Numbered from the stretch's first letter, positions 1 through 10,156 are shown. The stretch is DNA of 45,919 bases from an uncultured Ignavibacteria bacterium (GCA_964521815.1 CAZFSN010000001.1:6721-52639), one strand, 5' to 3'. A program made the numbers and translations. The notes: generated from the sequence alone by a model not told the origin.

Positions 1-492
1 GCTACCATGCAGAATATCGATCCAATCAAAGCGGAATTTTCGGTACCGGAAAAGTATGCTGTCAAATTATCGCGTGGTTCTAAAGTGATAATCCAGGTCG
101 GCGAATCGCCGGAACAATATCAGGGAATTATCTATGCCGTCGAGGCCAAAGTTGACCCCGGTACGCGAACCCTTAAAGCGCGCGCGACTATCCCCAATCC
201 CGATACGCGGCTGATACCCGGACAATTTTGCAAAGTCGAAATCGTTTTAGAACACATACCCGATGCCATTATGATTCCCGCCGAGGCCCTTATACCGGAA
301 CTGGCCGGTCAGAAAGTGTTCGTATGCGAAAACGGCCTGGTGAGTTCGCGTCCGGTTACTACCGGGATCAGGACCGAATGGGAAATTCAAATAACTACCG
401 GCTTAAATCCAAATGACACCTTAATTACAACCGGACTTCTGCAACTTACAGACGGTAAACAGGTCAGAATAACGAGTTCTGCTACGGAATAA
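1..492 (+). CDS. RND efflux periplasmic adaptor (membrane-fusion/HlyD-family) subunit, C-terminal part; 5' end lies outside the window
   Basis: The frame is open from base 1 (listed ORF 7..492). The sequence looks adaptor-like (IIYAVEAKVDPGTRTLKARATIPNP..GQFCKVEI). It ends 13 nt before an AcrB-type pump gene. Confidence 0.8.
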   Translation, partial: ATMQNIDPIKAEFSVPEKYAVKLSRGSKVIIQVGESPEQYQGIIYAVEAKVDPGTRTLKARATIPNPDTRLIPGQFCKVEIVLEHIPDAIMIPAEALIPELAGQKVFVCENGLVSSRPVTTGIRTEWEIQITTGLNPNDTLITTGLLQLTDGKQVRITSSATE

Positions 493-505
493 GGCAATTG
501 TTAAT

Positions 506-3500
506 ATGAACATCTCCTCTGTCTGTATAAATCGTCCCGTCATGTCAATTGTATTTTCGATTCTGATAGTATTATTCGGTGTGATCGGCTTTTTCTTTTT
601 GGGCGTACGCGAGTATCCCAGTGTCGACCCGCCGGTAGTCACGGTTTCCACATCATATACCGGCGCTAATGCCGATGTCATCGAATCACAGATTACCGAA
701 CCGCTGGAGGAATCGATCAACGGTATATCCGGCATTCGATCTCTGACTTCCACGAGCCGCGACGGGCGAAGCTCGATAACCGTTGAGTTTGAACTGGGTG
801 TCGATATGGAAGCCGCCGCCAATGATGTCCGTGATCGCGTTTCCCGGGCCCAGAGAAATCTTCCCACGGATGCCGATCCGCCGGTTATATCGAAAGCCGA
901 TGCCGATGCCACGACTATTCTGGGGTTGACCGTGCAAAGCGACAGGCGAACGCTTCTGGATTTATCGGCAATCGCTAATGATATTTTCAAAGAACGCCTG
1001 CAAACTATTCCCGGAGTCAGTGATATTCGAGTTTGGGGCGAAAAGAAATACGCGATGCGGCTTTTAATCGATCCCGGCCGTCTGGCCGCGTATGGTTTGA
1101 CGCCTCTGGATGTCCGCAACGCGCTCAACCGCGAAAATGTCGAATTGCCGTCCGGCCTTATCGAGGGCTACGCTACGGAATTATCTATCCGCACATTCGG
1201 CAGGATGTCCACGCCCGAGGAGTTCAACAACCTCATAATCAAGGAAACGAAGGGTTCTATAGTAAGATTGCGGGATGTGGGTGAGGCCGTACTGGCGCCG
1301 GAAAACGAACGTACCCTGTTACGCGGCAATGGCGGTATCCCGATGGTTGGGATCGCGGTCACTCCGCAACCGGGTTCGAATCACATCGCTATCGCCGATG
1401 AATTCTACCGTCGTATCGACCAAATCAAACGCGATCTGCCTGATGACGTAAAACTCAATATCGCGATGGATACCACGGCCAATATCCGTAAGGCAATTAC
1501 GGAAGTAGAGGAAACTATATTATTCGCTTTCCTTTTGGTGCTGTTAGTCATATTCGCCTTTTTGCGTCACTGGCGAACAACGGTAATCCCTATGCTGGCA
1601 ATACCAATTTCTTTAATCGGATCGTTTTTCATCATGTATATCGCTGATTTCTCGATAAATATCCTAACCTTACTGGGTATTGTCTTATCCACCGGTATCG
1701 TTGTTGATGATGCTATCGTAGTGCTGGAAAATATCTATCGCAAAATCGAACAGGGTATGCCCCCTATAGAAGCCGGCCACAAGGGTTCGAAAGAAATTTA
1801 TTTCGCGATTATCTCCACCACTATTACGTTAGCGTCGGTATTTCTGCCGATCATTTTCCTTCAGGGGCTTACCGGCCGACTGTTTCGGGAATTCGGTATC
1901 GTCGTTGCCGGGTCGGTGCTTATCTCGGCTTTTGTATCGCTAACCCTCACGCCGATGATGAGCGCCCGCCTGCTGCGCAAGAACGAACATGAAGGCAAGC
2001 TTTTCCAAAAAAGCGAACTGCTTTTTAATAATTTGAATCTGGGCTATAAAAATTGGCTGGGCCAATTCATTCAGAAGCGCTGGCTGGCATTTGTGATTAT
2101 GGCGGCGTCTCTGGCGATAATTTTCGGTCTAGGTTCAATTATCCCCTCCGAGCTGGCCCCGATGGAGGACAAGAGCCGCTTGATGATAAACGCTACCGCC
2201 CCCGAAGGGACATCATATGAGGCGATGGTCGACTATATAGGTAAGATTATCGCGGCGGTAGATACTTTGCCTGAAAGAGATGTGATCATGTCGCTGACTG
2301 CCCCCGGTTTCGGTTCCAGCGGCGCGGCTAATTCTGGTTTTGTCAGAATGACTTTAGTTCCGCCTGACCAAAGATCGCGAAGCCAGCAGGAGATAGCCGA
2401 TGCCATTTCCACTCAACTGCGCAAGGAAACATTCGCCCGGGCATATGTTACCCAGGAACAAACTATCGGCGGCCGGCGGTCGGGTTTGCCGGTACAATTT
2501 GTTATCCAGGCCCCAACCCTGGAGAAACTCAAAGAAGTAATTCCGGCATTCATGGAAAGAGCTCAAGCCGATTCGGTCTTCCAGATAGTCGATCTGAATT
2601 TGAAGTTCAACAAGCCCGAATTGACGGTCCAGATCGATCGCGACCGCGCCCGGGCGCTGGGAATTACGGTCAGAGATATTGCTGAAACTTTACAGCTTTA
2701 TTTCAGCGGCCAGAGATATGGCTATTTCGTCTTCAACGGCAAGCAATATCCAGTGATTGCTCAGGCCAATCGGGTTAACCGCGATGAGCCGCTTGACCTC
2801 AGTTCCATCTATGTCAGAAATAATCGCGATGAACTAATTCAGTTGGATAACGTCGTCGACCTTTCTTATCGAAGCAGTCCGCCTCAGCTTTACCGCTATA
2901 ATCGCTATGTGGCGGCCACAGTCAGCGCATCGCCGGCCAAAGGCTATACGCTGGGTTCGGCAATCGATGAAATGCAGAAAATCGCCAATGAGGTGCTGGA
3001 TGAATCATTCACGACCAGCCTGTCCGGTACGGCCAAAGAGTACGCCGAAAGCTCCAATACTCTTTTGTTCGCGTTTGTCTTGGCCTTAATTTTAGTCTAT
3101 TTAATTTTATCCGCCCAGTTCGAAAGCTTTCGCGATCCGTTTATAATCATGTTTACCGTGCCTCTGGCGCTGGCCGGAGCTATACTATCGCTATGGATAT
3201 TCCGCCAGACTTTCAATATTTTCAGCCAGATCGGTATTATCGCCTTAGTAGGTATTGTCACCAAGAATGGTATCCTGATCGTGGAATTTGCCAATCAACG
3301 TCGGGCGCATGGGCTGGGTATCGCCGAAGCCGTTATCGATGCCGCCGCGCAGCGATTCCGCCCCATCTTGATGACCAGCCTGGCAACCGTATTCGGCGTA
3401 TTGCCAATCGCTCTGGCGCTGGGCGCGGCGTCCCAAAGCCGGTCTTCGATGGGTATAGTTATTATCGGCGGTTTGCTTTTTTCACTGGTCCTGACCCTGT

Positions 3501-3595
3501 TTATAATCCCCGCTCTATACACTTATCTATCATCTCGAAAACAACGACAGAAACTTCAGCCGATAGATACGCCGGCTATGTCAGAAACCATTTAA
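506..3595 (+). CDS. RND (AcrB/HAE1-type) efflux pump inner-membrane permease
   Basis: 1029 aa. N-terminus is typical (INRPVMSIVFSILIVLFG). It has two large periplasmic loops and 12-TM architecture, with VDDAIVVLENI and IVTKNGILIVEFAN motifs. Confidence 0.95.
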   Translation: MNISSVCINRPVMSIVFSILIVLFGVIGFFFLGVREYPSVDPPVVTVSTSYTGANADVIESQITEPLEESINGISGIRSLTSTSRDGRSSITVEFELGVDMEAAANDVRDRVSRAQRNLPTDADPPVISKADADATTILGLTVQSDRRTLLDLSAIANDIFKERLQTIPGVSDIRVWGEKKYAMRLLIDPGRLAAYGLTPLDVRNALNRENVELPSGLIEGYATELSIRTFGRMSTPEEFNNLIIKETKGSIVRLRDVGEAVLAPENERTLLRGNGGIPMVGIAVTPQPGSNHIAIADEFYRRIDQIKRDLPDDVKLNIAMDTTANIRKAITEVEETILFAFLLVLLVIFAFLRHWRTTVIPMLAIPISLIGSFFIMYIADFSINILTLLGIVLSTGIVVDDAIVVLENIYRKIEQGMPPIEAGHKGSKEIYFAIISTTITLASVFLPIIFLQGLTGRLFREFGIVVAGSVLISAFVSLTLTPMMSARLLRKNEHEGKLFQKSELLFNNLNLGYKNWLGQFIQKRWLAFVIMAASLAIIFGLGSIIPSELAPMEDKSRLMINATAPEGTSYEAMVDYIGKIIAAVDTLPERDVIMSLTAPGFGSSGAANSGFVRMTLVPPDQRSRSQQEIADAISTQLRKETFARAYVTQEQTIGGRRSGLPVQFVIQAPTLEKLKEVIPAFMERAQADSVFQIVDLNLKFNKPELTVQIDRDRARALGITVRDIAETLQLYFSGQRYGYFVFNGKQYPVIAQANRVNRDEPLDLSSIYVRNNRDELIQLDNVVDLSYRSSPPQLYRYNRYVAATVSASPAKGYTLGSAIDEMQKIANEVLDESFTTSLSGTAKEYAESSNTLLFAFVLALILVYLILSAQFESFRDPFIIMFTVPLALAGAILSLWIFRQTFNIFSQIGIIALVGIVTKNGILIVEFANQRRAHGLGIAEAVIDAAAQRFRPILMTSLATVFGVLPIALALGAASQSRSSMGIVIIGGLLFSLVLTLFIIPALYTYLSSRKQRQKLQPIDTPAMSETI

Positions 3596-3723
3596 TCGAA
3601 TTAGATATTTACGCGAAAATATTAGCTAATTTAAACTTTCCCTTAATATTTATGTTATTATATAATAGGCTAATATGAACAGCTATTTGACATAGCTAAA
3701 TAAAGCTCCTGGAGGTACATACA

Positions 3724-4695
3724 ATGAAACGAATTGCCGTAGTAACCAGCGGTGGCGACGCGCCGGGAATGAATGCCGCGATCCGAGCCGTCGTTAGAAA
3801 TGCAATTGAGTTTGGCCTGGAAGTATTTGGGGTGGAACGCGGCTTTGTCGGTTTGAAAGAAGGTCATTTTAAACGTCTAAAAAGAAGAGATGTCAGCAAC
3901 ATTATCCAGCTAGGGGGCACGATGTTGGGCAGCTCGCGGCTGCCGGAATTTCGCGAAAAAACCGTGCGTGAGCAGGCAATATCCAAGATGAATCAGGCGG
4001 GAATCGATGGCCTGGTCGTGATAGGCGGCAATGGTTCGCAAGCCGGAGCCGCGGCCTTATGGGCGGATGGATTTCCGACGGTCGGAGTCGCTTCGACTAT
4101 TGACGACGATCTGGTCGGTAGTGAGCCCTCGATTGGCACCTATACGGCCGCCGAAATAGGTTTGATAGCAATAGATCAGCTTAAAACCACGGCTTCAGCC
4201 CAGCATCGGGCTTTCTTGATCGAAACCATGGGCCGCAAATGCGGGCATCTGGCGCTAATTGTCGGTATAGCTGGCGGCGCGGAAGCTATCGTTATTCCTG
4301 AATATGAATTGACTCCTGAGCAAGTCGAACACGAGCTAAGAAACGCTTATGTTCGGGGCAAGTCGCACGCTATCGTGGTTGTCGCTGAGGGGGCTAAAAA
4401 TAACGCGGATCGGCTGGCTGTATATTTTAAGAAGCGAGAGCAGGAGGTTGGCTTTGGCCTTAGAATAACGAAACTGGGCTATGTTCAACGAGGTGGAGCG
4501 CCCGGGATTTTTGATAGATTACTTGGCACAAAATTAGGTTCAAAAGCGGCTGAATTGCTTTATAATAACCATCCCGGCAATTTGGTTGGAATTATGAAAG
4601 ATGAAGTACTGGTAACTCCTTATGAAGATGTCACCGGGAAAATAAAATCGATAGACCGTGAACTTTATGAGTTGGCGGAAATTATGGCTAAATAA
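3724..4695 (+). CDS. pfkA: 6-phosphofructokinase (PfkA family), with non-canonical residues in conserved motifs
   Basis: 323 aa. Motifs: VVTSGGDAPGMNAAIR, IGGNGS, TIDDD, MGRKCGHL, GYVQRGG. RBS GGAGG lies upstream. Confidence 0.88.
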   Translation: MKRIAVVTSGGDAPGMNAAIRAVVRNAIEFGLEVFGVERGFVGLKEGHFKRLKRRDVSNIIQLGGTMLGSSRLPEFREKTVREQAISKMNQAGIDGLVVIGGNGSQAGAAALWADGFPTVGVASTIDDDLVGSEPSIGTYTAAEIGLIAIDQLKTTASAQHRAFLIETMGRKCGHLALIVGIAGGAEAIVIPEYELTPEQVEHELRNAYVRGKSHAIVVVAEGAKNNADRLAVYFKKREQEVGFGLRITKLGYVQRGGAPGIFDRLLGTKLGSKAAELLYNNHPGNLVGIMKDEVLVTPYEDVTGKIKSIDRELYELAEIMAK

Positions 4696-4804
4696 CAAAT
4701 GAATTACCGAAAATAAATTTGTTTAAGCAGCCGGAATAAATTAAGGAGGAATTCATGCCGGTAAATATAGATGTATTAGATCTCTCGATACATAAAATAT
4801 GTGA

Positions 4805-6106
4805 ATGGATAATCTGATGCCACAAAAAATTAACTTTTGGGGAGCAGTTTCAATTGGCATCGGCGGTATGGTTGGGGGAGGTATCTTCGCGGTACTGGGA
4901 TTGTCGGTACAGCTGTCCGGAGGCGGAGCGCCAATTTCATTCGCCATCGCCGGATTGATCGCGCTTCTGACCGCATACTCATATTCCAAGTTGTCGGTAG
5001 CTATGCCAAGCCAGGGCGGAACAGTAACTTTTCTGGATCGTGCCTTTAAACCAGGCATAGTGATTGGTGGGTTCAACATCCTTTTATGGTTTTCATATAT
5101 AGTCATGCTGTCTCTGTATTCTTATGCTTTCGGCAGTTATGGTTCAACTTTTGGATCCGATAGTTTTCAGCCGGTTTTAAAACATATTCTGATAAGCGGC
5201 AGTATTATTCTTATAGCAAGCCTGAACATGCTTAGTGCCGATATCATAGGCCGGGCTGAAACCTGGATAGTCGGCTTAAAAATTATAATACTACTGACTT
5301 TTATTGCTGTTGGGTTTTCCGGGGTCAATACTGAACAGCTTTCGTGGGGGACATGGTCTCCCCCTTTGCACTTGATTGCGGGCGGGATGATTATATTTCT
5401 TGCCTATGAAGGATTTGAATTAATCGCTAATACCGCGCATGATATAAAAAATCCCGAGAAAAATTTACCGCGGGCGTATTTTTCAGCTGTCGTGTTCGTG
5501 ATAATACTGTATATACTTATCGCCGCCGTAGCTATCGGTAACTTGCCGGTGAGCAAGATCGTTGAAGCCAAAGATTATGCCCTGGCTGAAGCGGCCAAGC
5601 CGTTTCTGGGTCATCCCGGTTTCATACTTATAGCGGTTGCGGCCTTACTTTCAACAGGGTCGGCTATAAACGCGACTATGTATGGGACGACGCGGCTGAG
5701 TTATATAATCGCGAAAGATGGGGAATTACCGGTGGTGCTGGATAAAAAAATCTGGAATCGCCCTCTTGAGGGATTGATAATAACATCTTTGGTCACATTA
5801 ATTATTGCGAACTTTTTTGATCTTTCAAGCATTTCGACCATGGGTAGCGCCGGTTTTCTAATTATTTTTGCCGCGGTGAATGCCGCAAACGTTAAGTTGT
5901 ACCGGCTGACAAAAAGCCAACGGTTATTTTCTGCCCTTGGTCTGGTTGCCTGTATCGGGGCATTGGCTGTACTTATATGGCAGACCGCGATGACCTCGCC
6001 GATTAGATTGATTGTTTTAATATCAATGACGGGATTAGCTTTCATTGTTGAATGGTTATATCGGCAATTGAGTGGAAGAAAAATAAGCATATCGGAATCG
6101 AAGTGA
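4805..6106 (+). CDS. APC-superfamily amino acid permease
   Basis: 433 aa with about 12 hydrophobic helices. N-terminal signature is SIGIGGMVGGGIFAVLG. The start could instead be Met5 (MPQKINF). Confidence 0.85.
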   Translation: MDNLMPQKINFWGAVSIGIGGMVGGGIFAVLGLSVQLSGGGAPISFAIAGLIALLTAYSYSKLSVAMPSQGGTVTFLDRAFKPGIVIGGFNILLWFSYIVMLSLYSYAFGSYGSTFGSDSFQPVLKHILISGSIILIASLNMLSADIIGRAETWIVGLKIIILLTFIAVGFSGVNTEQLSWGTWSPPLHLIAGGMIIFLAYEGFELIANTAHDIKNPEKNLPRAYFSAVVFVIILYILIAAVAIGNLPVSKIVEAKDYALAEAAKPFLGHPGFILIAVAALLSTGSAINATMYGTTRLSYIIAKDGELPVVLDKKIWNRPLEGLIITSLVTLIIANFFDLSSISTMGSAGFLIIFAAVNAANVKLYRLTKSQRLFSALGLVACIGALAVLIWQTAMTSPIRLIVLISMTGLAFIVEWLYRQLSGRKISISESK

Positions 6107-6161
6107 AGATATTATTAGTTACTATGAGTGCTGTAAATACAAACATTGATGATCGGAGAAT

Positions 6162-7202
6162 ATGGCTAAAACAGGAATAATCTGTACGCTTGGTCCAGCC
6201 GGCGATAAAACCGGAAAGCTAAAGGAAATGATAGAAGCCGGGATGAGCGTGGCCAGGCTGAATTTTTCTCATGGCACTCATGCCGATCATCAAAAGCGAA
6301 TTGACGTTCTTGACAAACTGAATCGGGAATGCGAAAATAGCGTTAAGATACTGCAAGACCTGGAAGGTTTTCGAATCAGGATCGGCTCTTTCGAGGACAA
6401 GCCTGAAGGCACGATCGAGCTAAAAGAAAGCCAGATAGTCTTCTTGAGCAATCAGACCGTAAAGCATGATTATGAAACAATACCACTGGATTACCGGGGG
6501 TCTCTGCAGGTTATTAATTCCGGGGATTTCATCTATATCGATGACGGGAATATCGCTCTGAAAGCGACAAACGTGACGGAGACATCCGTTCAATGCGAGG
6601 TCGTTATTCCCGGCAGCCTTAAGGAGCGTAAGGGAGTCAATATCCCCGAGGCGAGATTCCCATTTGAAGGCCTTTCTGAAAAGGATCGTTTGGACCTTCA
6701 GTTTGGCATAAAAAACAAAGTCGATTTTATAGCCCAGTCGTTTGTCAGAAACGGACAGGATATCACCGATATAAAAAGTTTTATTACGAAGAATAATTAT
6801 AATTGCCGACTGATTGCCAAAATCGAGAACAAGGATGGCATAGAAAATCTCGATAAAATACTGGATATTGCCGATGGTGTCATGGTTGCCCGGGGAGATA
6901 TGGGAGTTTCCCTGCCCATTTACGAAGTCCCGATCATTCAGAAAATGATTATCAAAAAGTGCAATCAACGTAAGAAAATCGTCATTACCGCCACTCAGAT
7001 GCTGGAAAGTATGACGGAAAACCTGCGACCAACCCGCGCGGAGGTAAGCGACGTGGCTAACGCTATCCTGGATGGTACGGATTATGTGATGCTGTCAGGC
7101 GAAACGGCTATCGGCAAGCATCCCGTAGAAACAATTGACATGATGAAAAAAATAATCGATTTCACCGAGCAATCACTCAAAGCCAATGAAAGCATTTCAT
7201 AA
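6162..7202 (+). CDS. pyk: Pyruvate kinase, short form lacking the C-terminal regulatory domain
   Basis: 346 aa. Motifs: [49 protein letters not shown]. The stop comes about 25 aa after the last motif. Confidence 0.85.
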   Translation: MAKTGIICTLGPAGDKTGKLKEMIEAGMSVARLNFSHGTHADHQKRIDVLDKLNRECENSVKILQDLEGFRIRIGSFEDKPEGTIELKESQIVFLSNQTVKHDYETIPLDYRGSLQVINSGDFIYIDDGNIALKATNVTETSVQCEVVIPGSLKERKGVNIPEARFPFEGLSEKDRLDLQFGIKNKVDFIAQSFVRNGQDITDIKSFITKNNYNCRLIAKIENKDGIENLDKILDIADGVMVARGDMGVSLPIYEVPIIQKMIIKKCNQRKKIVITATQMLESMTENLRPTRAEVSDVANAILDGTDYVMLSGETAIGKHPVETIDMMKKIIDFTEQSLKANESIS

Positions 7203-7389
7203 ATCAATTACAGCCGATGATAAGCGGTATGACCTCATTAAAATTATGCCTCCGAGTATGTCAGGGGCCGTGTCCCGCAAGGGATAGCTAACGCTAGCTC
7301 CTGACCGAATGATAATCTTCGAGCCGCTTGTCAGGTGTTGTAGAATCTGATTACCCAGCGATCCGGCATTCTTTCGAGCTGCTCAATAT

Positions 7390-9435
7390 CTAAGTATGAT
7401 CCGCGTTCTGCTCGTCGCTTCCTTCGCCGGGCTCTTCATCCTTTTTCTCCTCATTTTCCGTGTCGGTTGATTCAGGTGGACATTCCCGCTTCGATTCATC
7501 ACCGCCTTCTTCCGGTATGTCCGCGAGAACCGGATCATTCGGGTGTTCTTCGCGATACATCTCAAGCGGCATTTTACCGGTGTACCACGATGGGTTGTTA
7601 GGGTAAACAGGAGGGTTGAAGATCGTTGAATAGAAATGCCATATGAAGATAGCAAGACAGGCGAGAATCGCCTCATAGAAATGAATCACAAGCATCACCC
7701 CGAGCGCGCCTACCTTAAGGATGTTCTCGGTGATTGTGCCGAACCAGAGGGCGGCGCCGGTGATAGTCATTATCACCGTACCCCAAACGAGCGCCCAGTA
7801 TTCCGCTTTTTCTATATAACTGAATCGGCCGAACCTGGGGGGTTCCCGGCGCAGGCCAAGATCATAGGCCATGGTCTGGAAAAACTGCTGAAAATCTTTG
7901 ATGCGCGGGAAAATGTCGTGCAGGAAACACCAACCACGGCGCCCGAACAAATAGACTAAATGCCACACGGCCGTAGCCATAAACAATACTGCCGCCACAA
8001 GATGAATGGTTCGTCGAGCGATAAAACCGCCCGGCCAACCGAAAAGCAGCCGGACCCACCAGGAACCGGAATAATGAAACGCGAATCCGGTGACAGCCAG
8101 TAAAGTAAAAGTTACCATCAGGGCGGTGTGCTGCCAGAGTTCATTACGGTTCATTCGCACAACTTGCTTACCCTGATTGAGTAATTGTATTTGTTTGCGC
8201 AGATTGATAAGCCAGTGGATCATCATCGCCCCGATAATTACGATAATCGCCGAGATATAAATCGTGCTGACCGTCCGGCCGGTCTTGTTGAGAAAGACCC
8301 CGCTGGTTTTATGGATTTCGATACGCGCCAGTTGCGGCGAGATGCTGGAATGACACTTGGCACAGGTCGACTGCACATTGGCAATCGATATTGATGACGC
8401 CGAATCGGAAACCGGAAGAATCAGGTGGGCGCGATGACACGATGAGCAGTTAGCAACATCAGGGTCGCCATCGGTGCTCTTTAGCCCGTGGTAACTGTGC
8501 CGCCATGATTGCATGATGTTGGTCGGAAGGCCATATTTGATATTCAACTGGTCGTCCTCATGGCAGGGCGCGCAGACTGTCAACGAGGTGCGGGTCGGAC
8601 TGACCCGGGATTCGGGATCGTTCACCGGCAGAATCGCGTGGGAGCCATGACAATCAATGCAGATCGGCGTGTCGGTTTCGCCGCGGGCGGCTGCCTGCCC
8701 ATGCACGCCGCGCTCGTACTCAGATTGAATCTGCTGATGGCATCGCCCGCATGTCCGGGAAATGTTGAAATGATAGATTGTAGATTTCGGGTAAATAGGG
8801 GCGAGAATTTCGTGCGCGGTTTTTTCGGTCGAGTGGCAGTCAATGCAGGTCGCCACGAGGGCGCTGTCGCTGCCCTGAATTCGGGAATGCACGCTTGTCT
8901 GGTAAATTTCCACCGGCTCGATCATCGGGATATTGTACGGACCGACAATCGTCTCGTCTTCATGACAACCGCCGCAAGTAGCCGGGAGATTATTAGGATT
9001 AGCTTTTGATTTAGGATCTGAAGGTTCCAGGATATCATGCGTGCCGTGGCAGTGATGACAATCCGGGAAAAGCTTTCCCGGAGTTTCTTTGTTGAGGCCG
9101 TGGTACTGATAGATCGCGGCGACATCGGTATGACAGCCGCCGCAATCGACCGGAGGCATATTATCCGGATGCGGAAGATTCACGGCGGCAGTGTGACAAT
9201 CGGTGCAGTTCAAACCATCATGGATTGAATTCGCGAAAACAGTGCTGTCAACATAGAGCGACACGGTCTTACCGGTCGAATCGGTTGTGTTGAAGTTACG
9301 GTCGCCGTGACAATCAAGACACTGCGCGGCCAGTAAATTCGGCAAAAGAAGAACCCCCGCCAGCAGGATGTACTTCCACCGCCACCGACAGCCGGCTTTT
9401 CGCCTCGGATTTACGTCAACTTTCGATAAATCCAT
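7390..9435 (-). CDS. Multihaem cytochrome c (11 CXXCH) fused to an FdnI/HydC-type cytochrome b membrane domain (CbcL-like)
   Basis: There is a signal-like N-terminus (WKYILLAGVLLLPNLLAAQ). The 11 CXXCH motifs are CLDCH, CTDCH, CGGCH, CHHCH, CGGCH, CIDCH, CGRCH, CIDCH, CAPCH, CSSCH and CAKCH. One TM helix follows, then a 4-TM b-type domain (WQHTALMVTFTLLAVTGFA, HLVAAV, EKAEYWALVWG, IHFYEAILA). The C-terminal tail is acidic. Confidence 0.85.
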   Translation of the reverse strand: MDLSKVDVNPRRKAGCRWRWKYILLAGVLLLPNLLAAQCLDCHGDRNFNTTDSTGKTVSLYVDSTVFANSIHDGLNCTDCHTAAVNLPHPDNMPPVDCGGCHTDVAAIYQYHGLNKETPGKLFPDCHHCHGTHDILEPSDPKSKANPNNLPATCGGCHEDETIVGPYNIPMIEPVEIYQTSVHSRIQGSDSALVATCIDCHSTEKTAHEILAPIYPKSTIYHFNISRTCGRCHQQIQSEYERGVHGQAAARGETDTPICIDCHGSHAILPVNDPESRVSPTRTSLTVCAPCHEDDQLNIKYGLPTNIMQSWRHSYHGLKSTDGDPDVANCSSCHRAHLILPVSDSASSISIANVQSTCAKCHSSISPQLARIEIHKTSGVFLNKTGRTVSTIYISAIIVIIGAMMIHWLINLRKQIQLLNQGKQVVRMNRNELWQHTALMVTFTLLAVTGFAFHYSGSWWVRLLFGWPGGFIARRTIHLVAAVLFMATAVWHLVYLFGRRGWCFLHDIFPRIKDFQQFFQTMAYDLGLRREPPRFGRFSYIEKAEYWALVWGTVIMTITGAALWFGTITENILKVGALGVMLVIHFYEAILACLAIFIWHFYSTIFNPPVYPNNPSWYTGKMPLEMYREEHPNDPVLADIPEEGGDESKRECPPESTDTENEEKKDEEPGEGSDEQNADHT

Positions 9436-10156
9436 ACTTTAATTTCTCCGAATATTTTCTGAACCAAATATTCGTATTCGTTAGACCGGAATTAATGCCT
9501 AAAAACCAATACGAAACATGCCATAAGTCAACCTGAACACGCTGATTTGCAAATTACCAGTTACATTACCTCGTCGCAAGCGCTTTTTTGCTTCTCCATT
9601 CTTCTTCGGTTAAAGGATTTTAGTTTAGCTCATCGCTGCAGTCAATATTAAAAAAGCGGCTCCGACCGGCTTTGAACCAGGTAATTATTCGTACTTTCTA
9701 TAAACAGCTTTACCGAATTGAAATTTATATAGAAAAACCAAGGTCGCTTTAGTCAGTGATTTTGAACCTGGCGTAAATATGGTATAAAGAACTAGAATGA
9801 TTAATATTTGGATGTTCCCAAACGATTTTAGTAAGCGAATAATTATTTACATATGTATGAAAGTAAATGCTTAAATAAAAATCGCACATAATAACAAATG
9901 CCGACTTTCTGGTTATGAGCCTGTCCTTTTTCCCAACAAAAGAAAACATTAGACGCTTACATGCAATATTATCAAGGGCTTATATGATTCTTTTTGATTG
10001 GCATTTCCTCTTTTTCTCTTGTTTTACAGCTTAGTTTGTTAGAAAACCGTCAGCAAGAGGTGTATGTCATAATTTGCGATTATGTAGTTAGCCTGAAATA
10101 TTGCCATAAATACTCCTAAATAGGAACTATTCCTTAAAAAGAATGTTATTATAAAT

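Noticed and set aside
421-1128. A 235-aa minus-strand ORF overlapping the RND adaptor and pump genes.
   Set aside because: It lies antisense to two strongly supported genes. Its composition is low-complexity and Arg/Ser-rich, typical of shadow frames, and it has no motif.
7260-7305. A compact nested-hairpin arrangement (GTCAGG...CCTGAC enclosing TCCC-GCAA-GGGA and AGCTA-ACGC-TAGCT) between the convergent pyk and cytochrome genes.
   Set aside because: The stems are only 4-6 bp, there is no U-tract, and I recognise no RNA family. I cannot distinguish it from chance without covariation data.
9749-9949. Small ORFs in AT-rich spacers (9749-9949, 10127-10324, 13007-13201, 13083-13280).
   Set aside because: They have no RBS and no motifs. 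They show the Ile/Asn/Lys/Phe bias expected of AT-rich non-coding DNA, and some overlap real genes.
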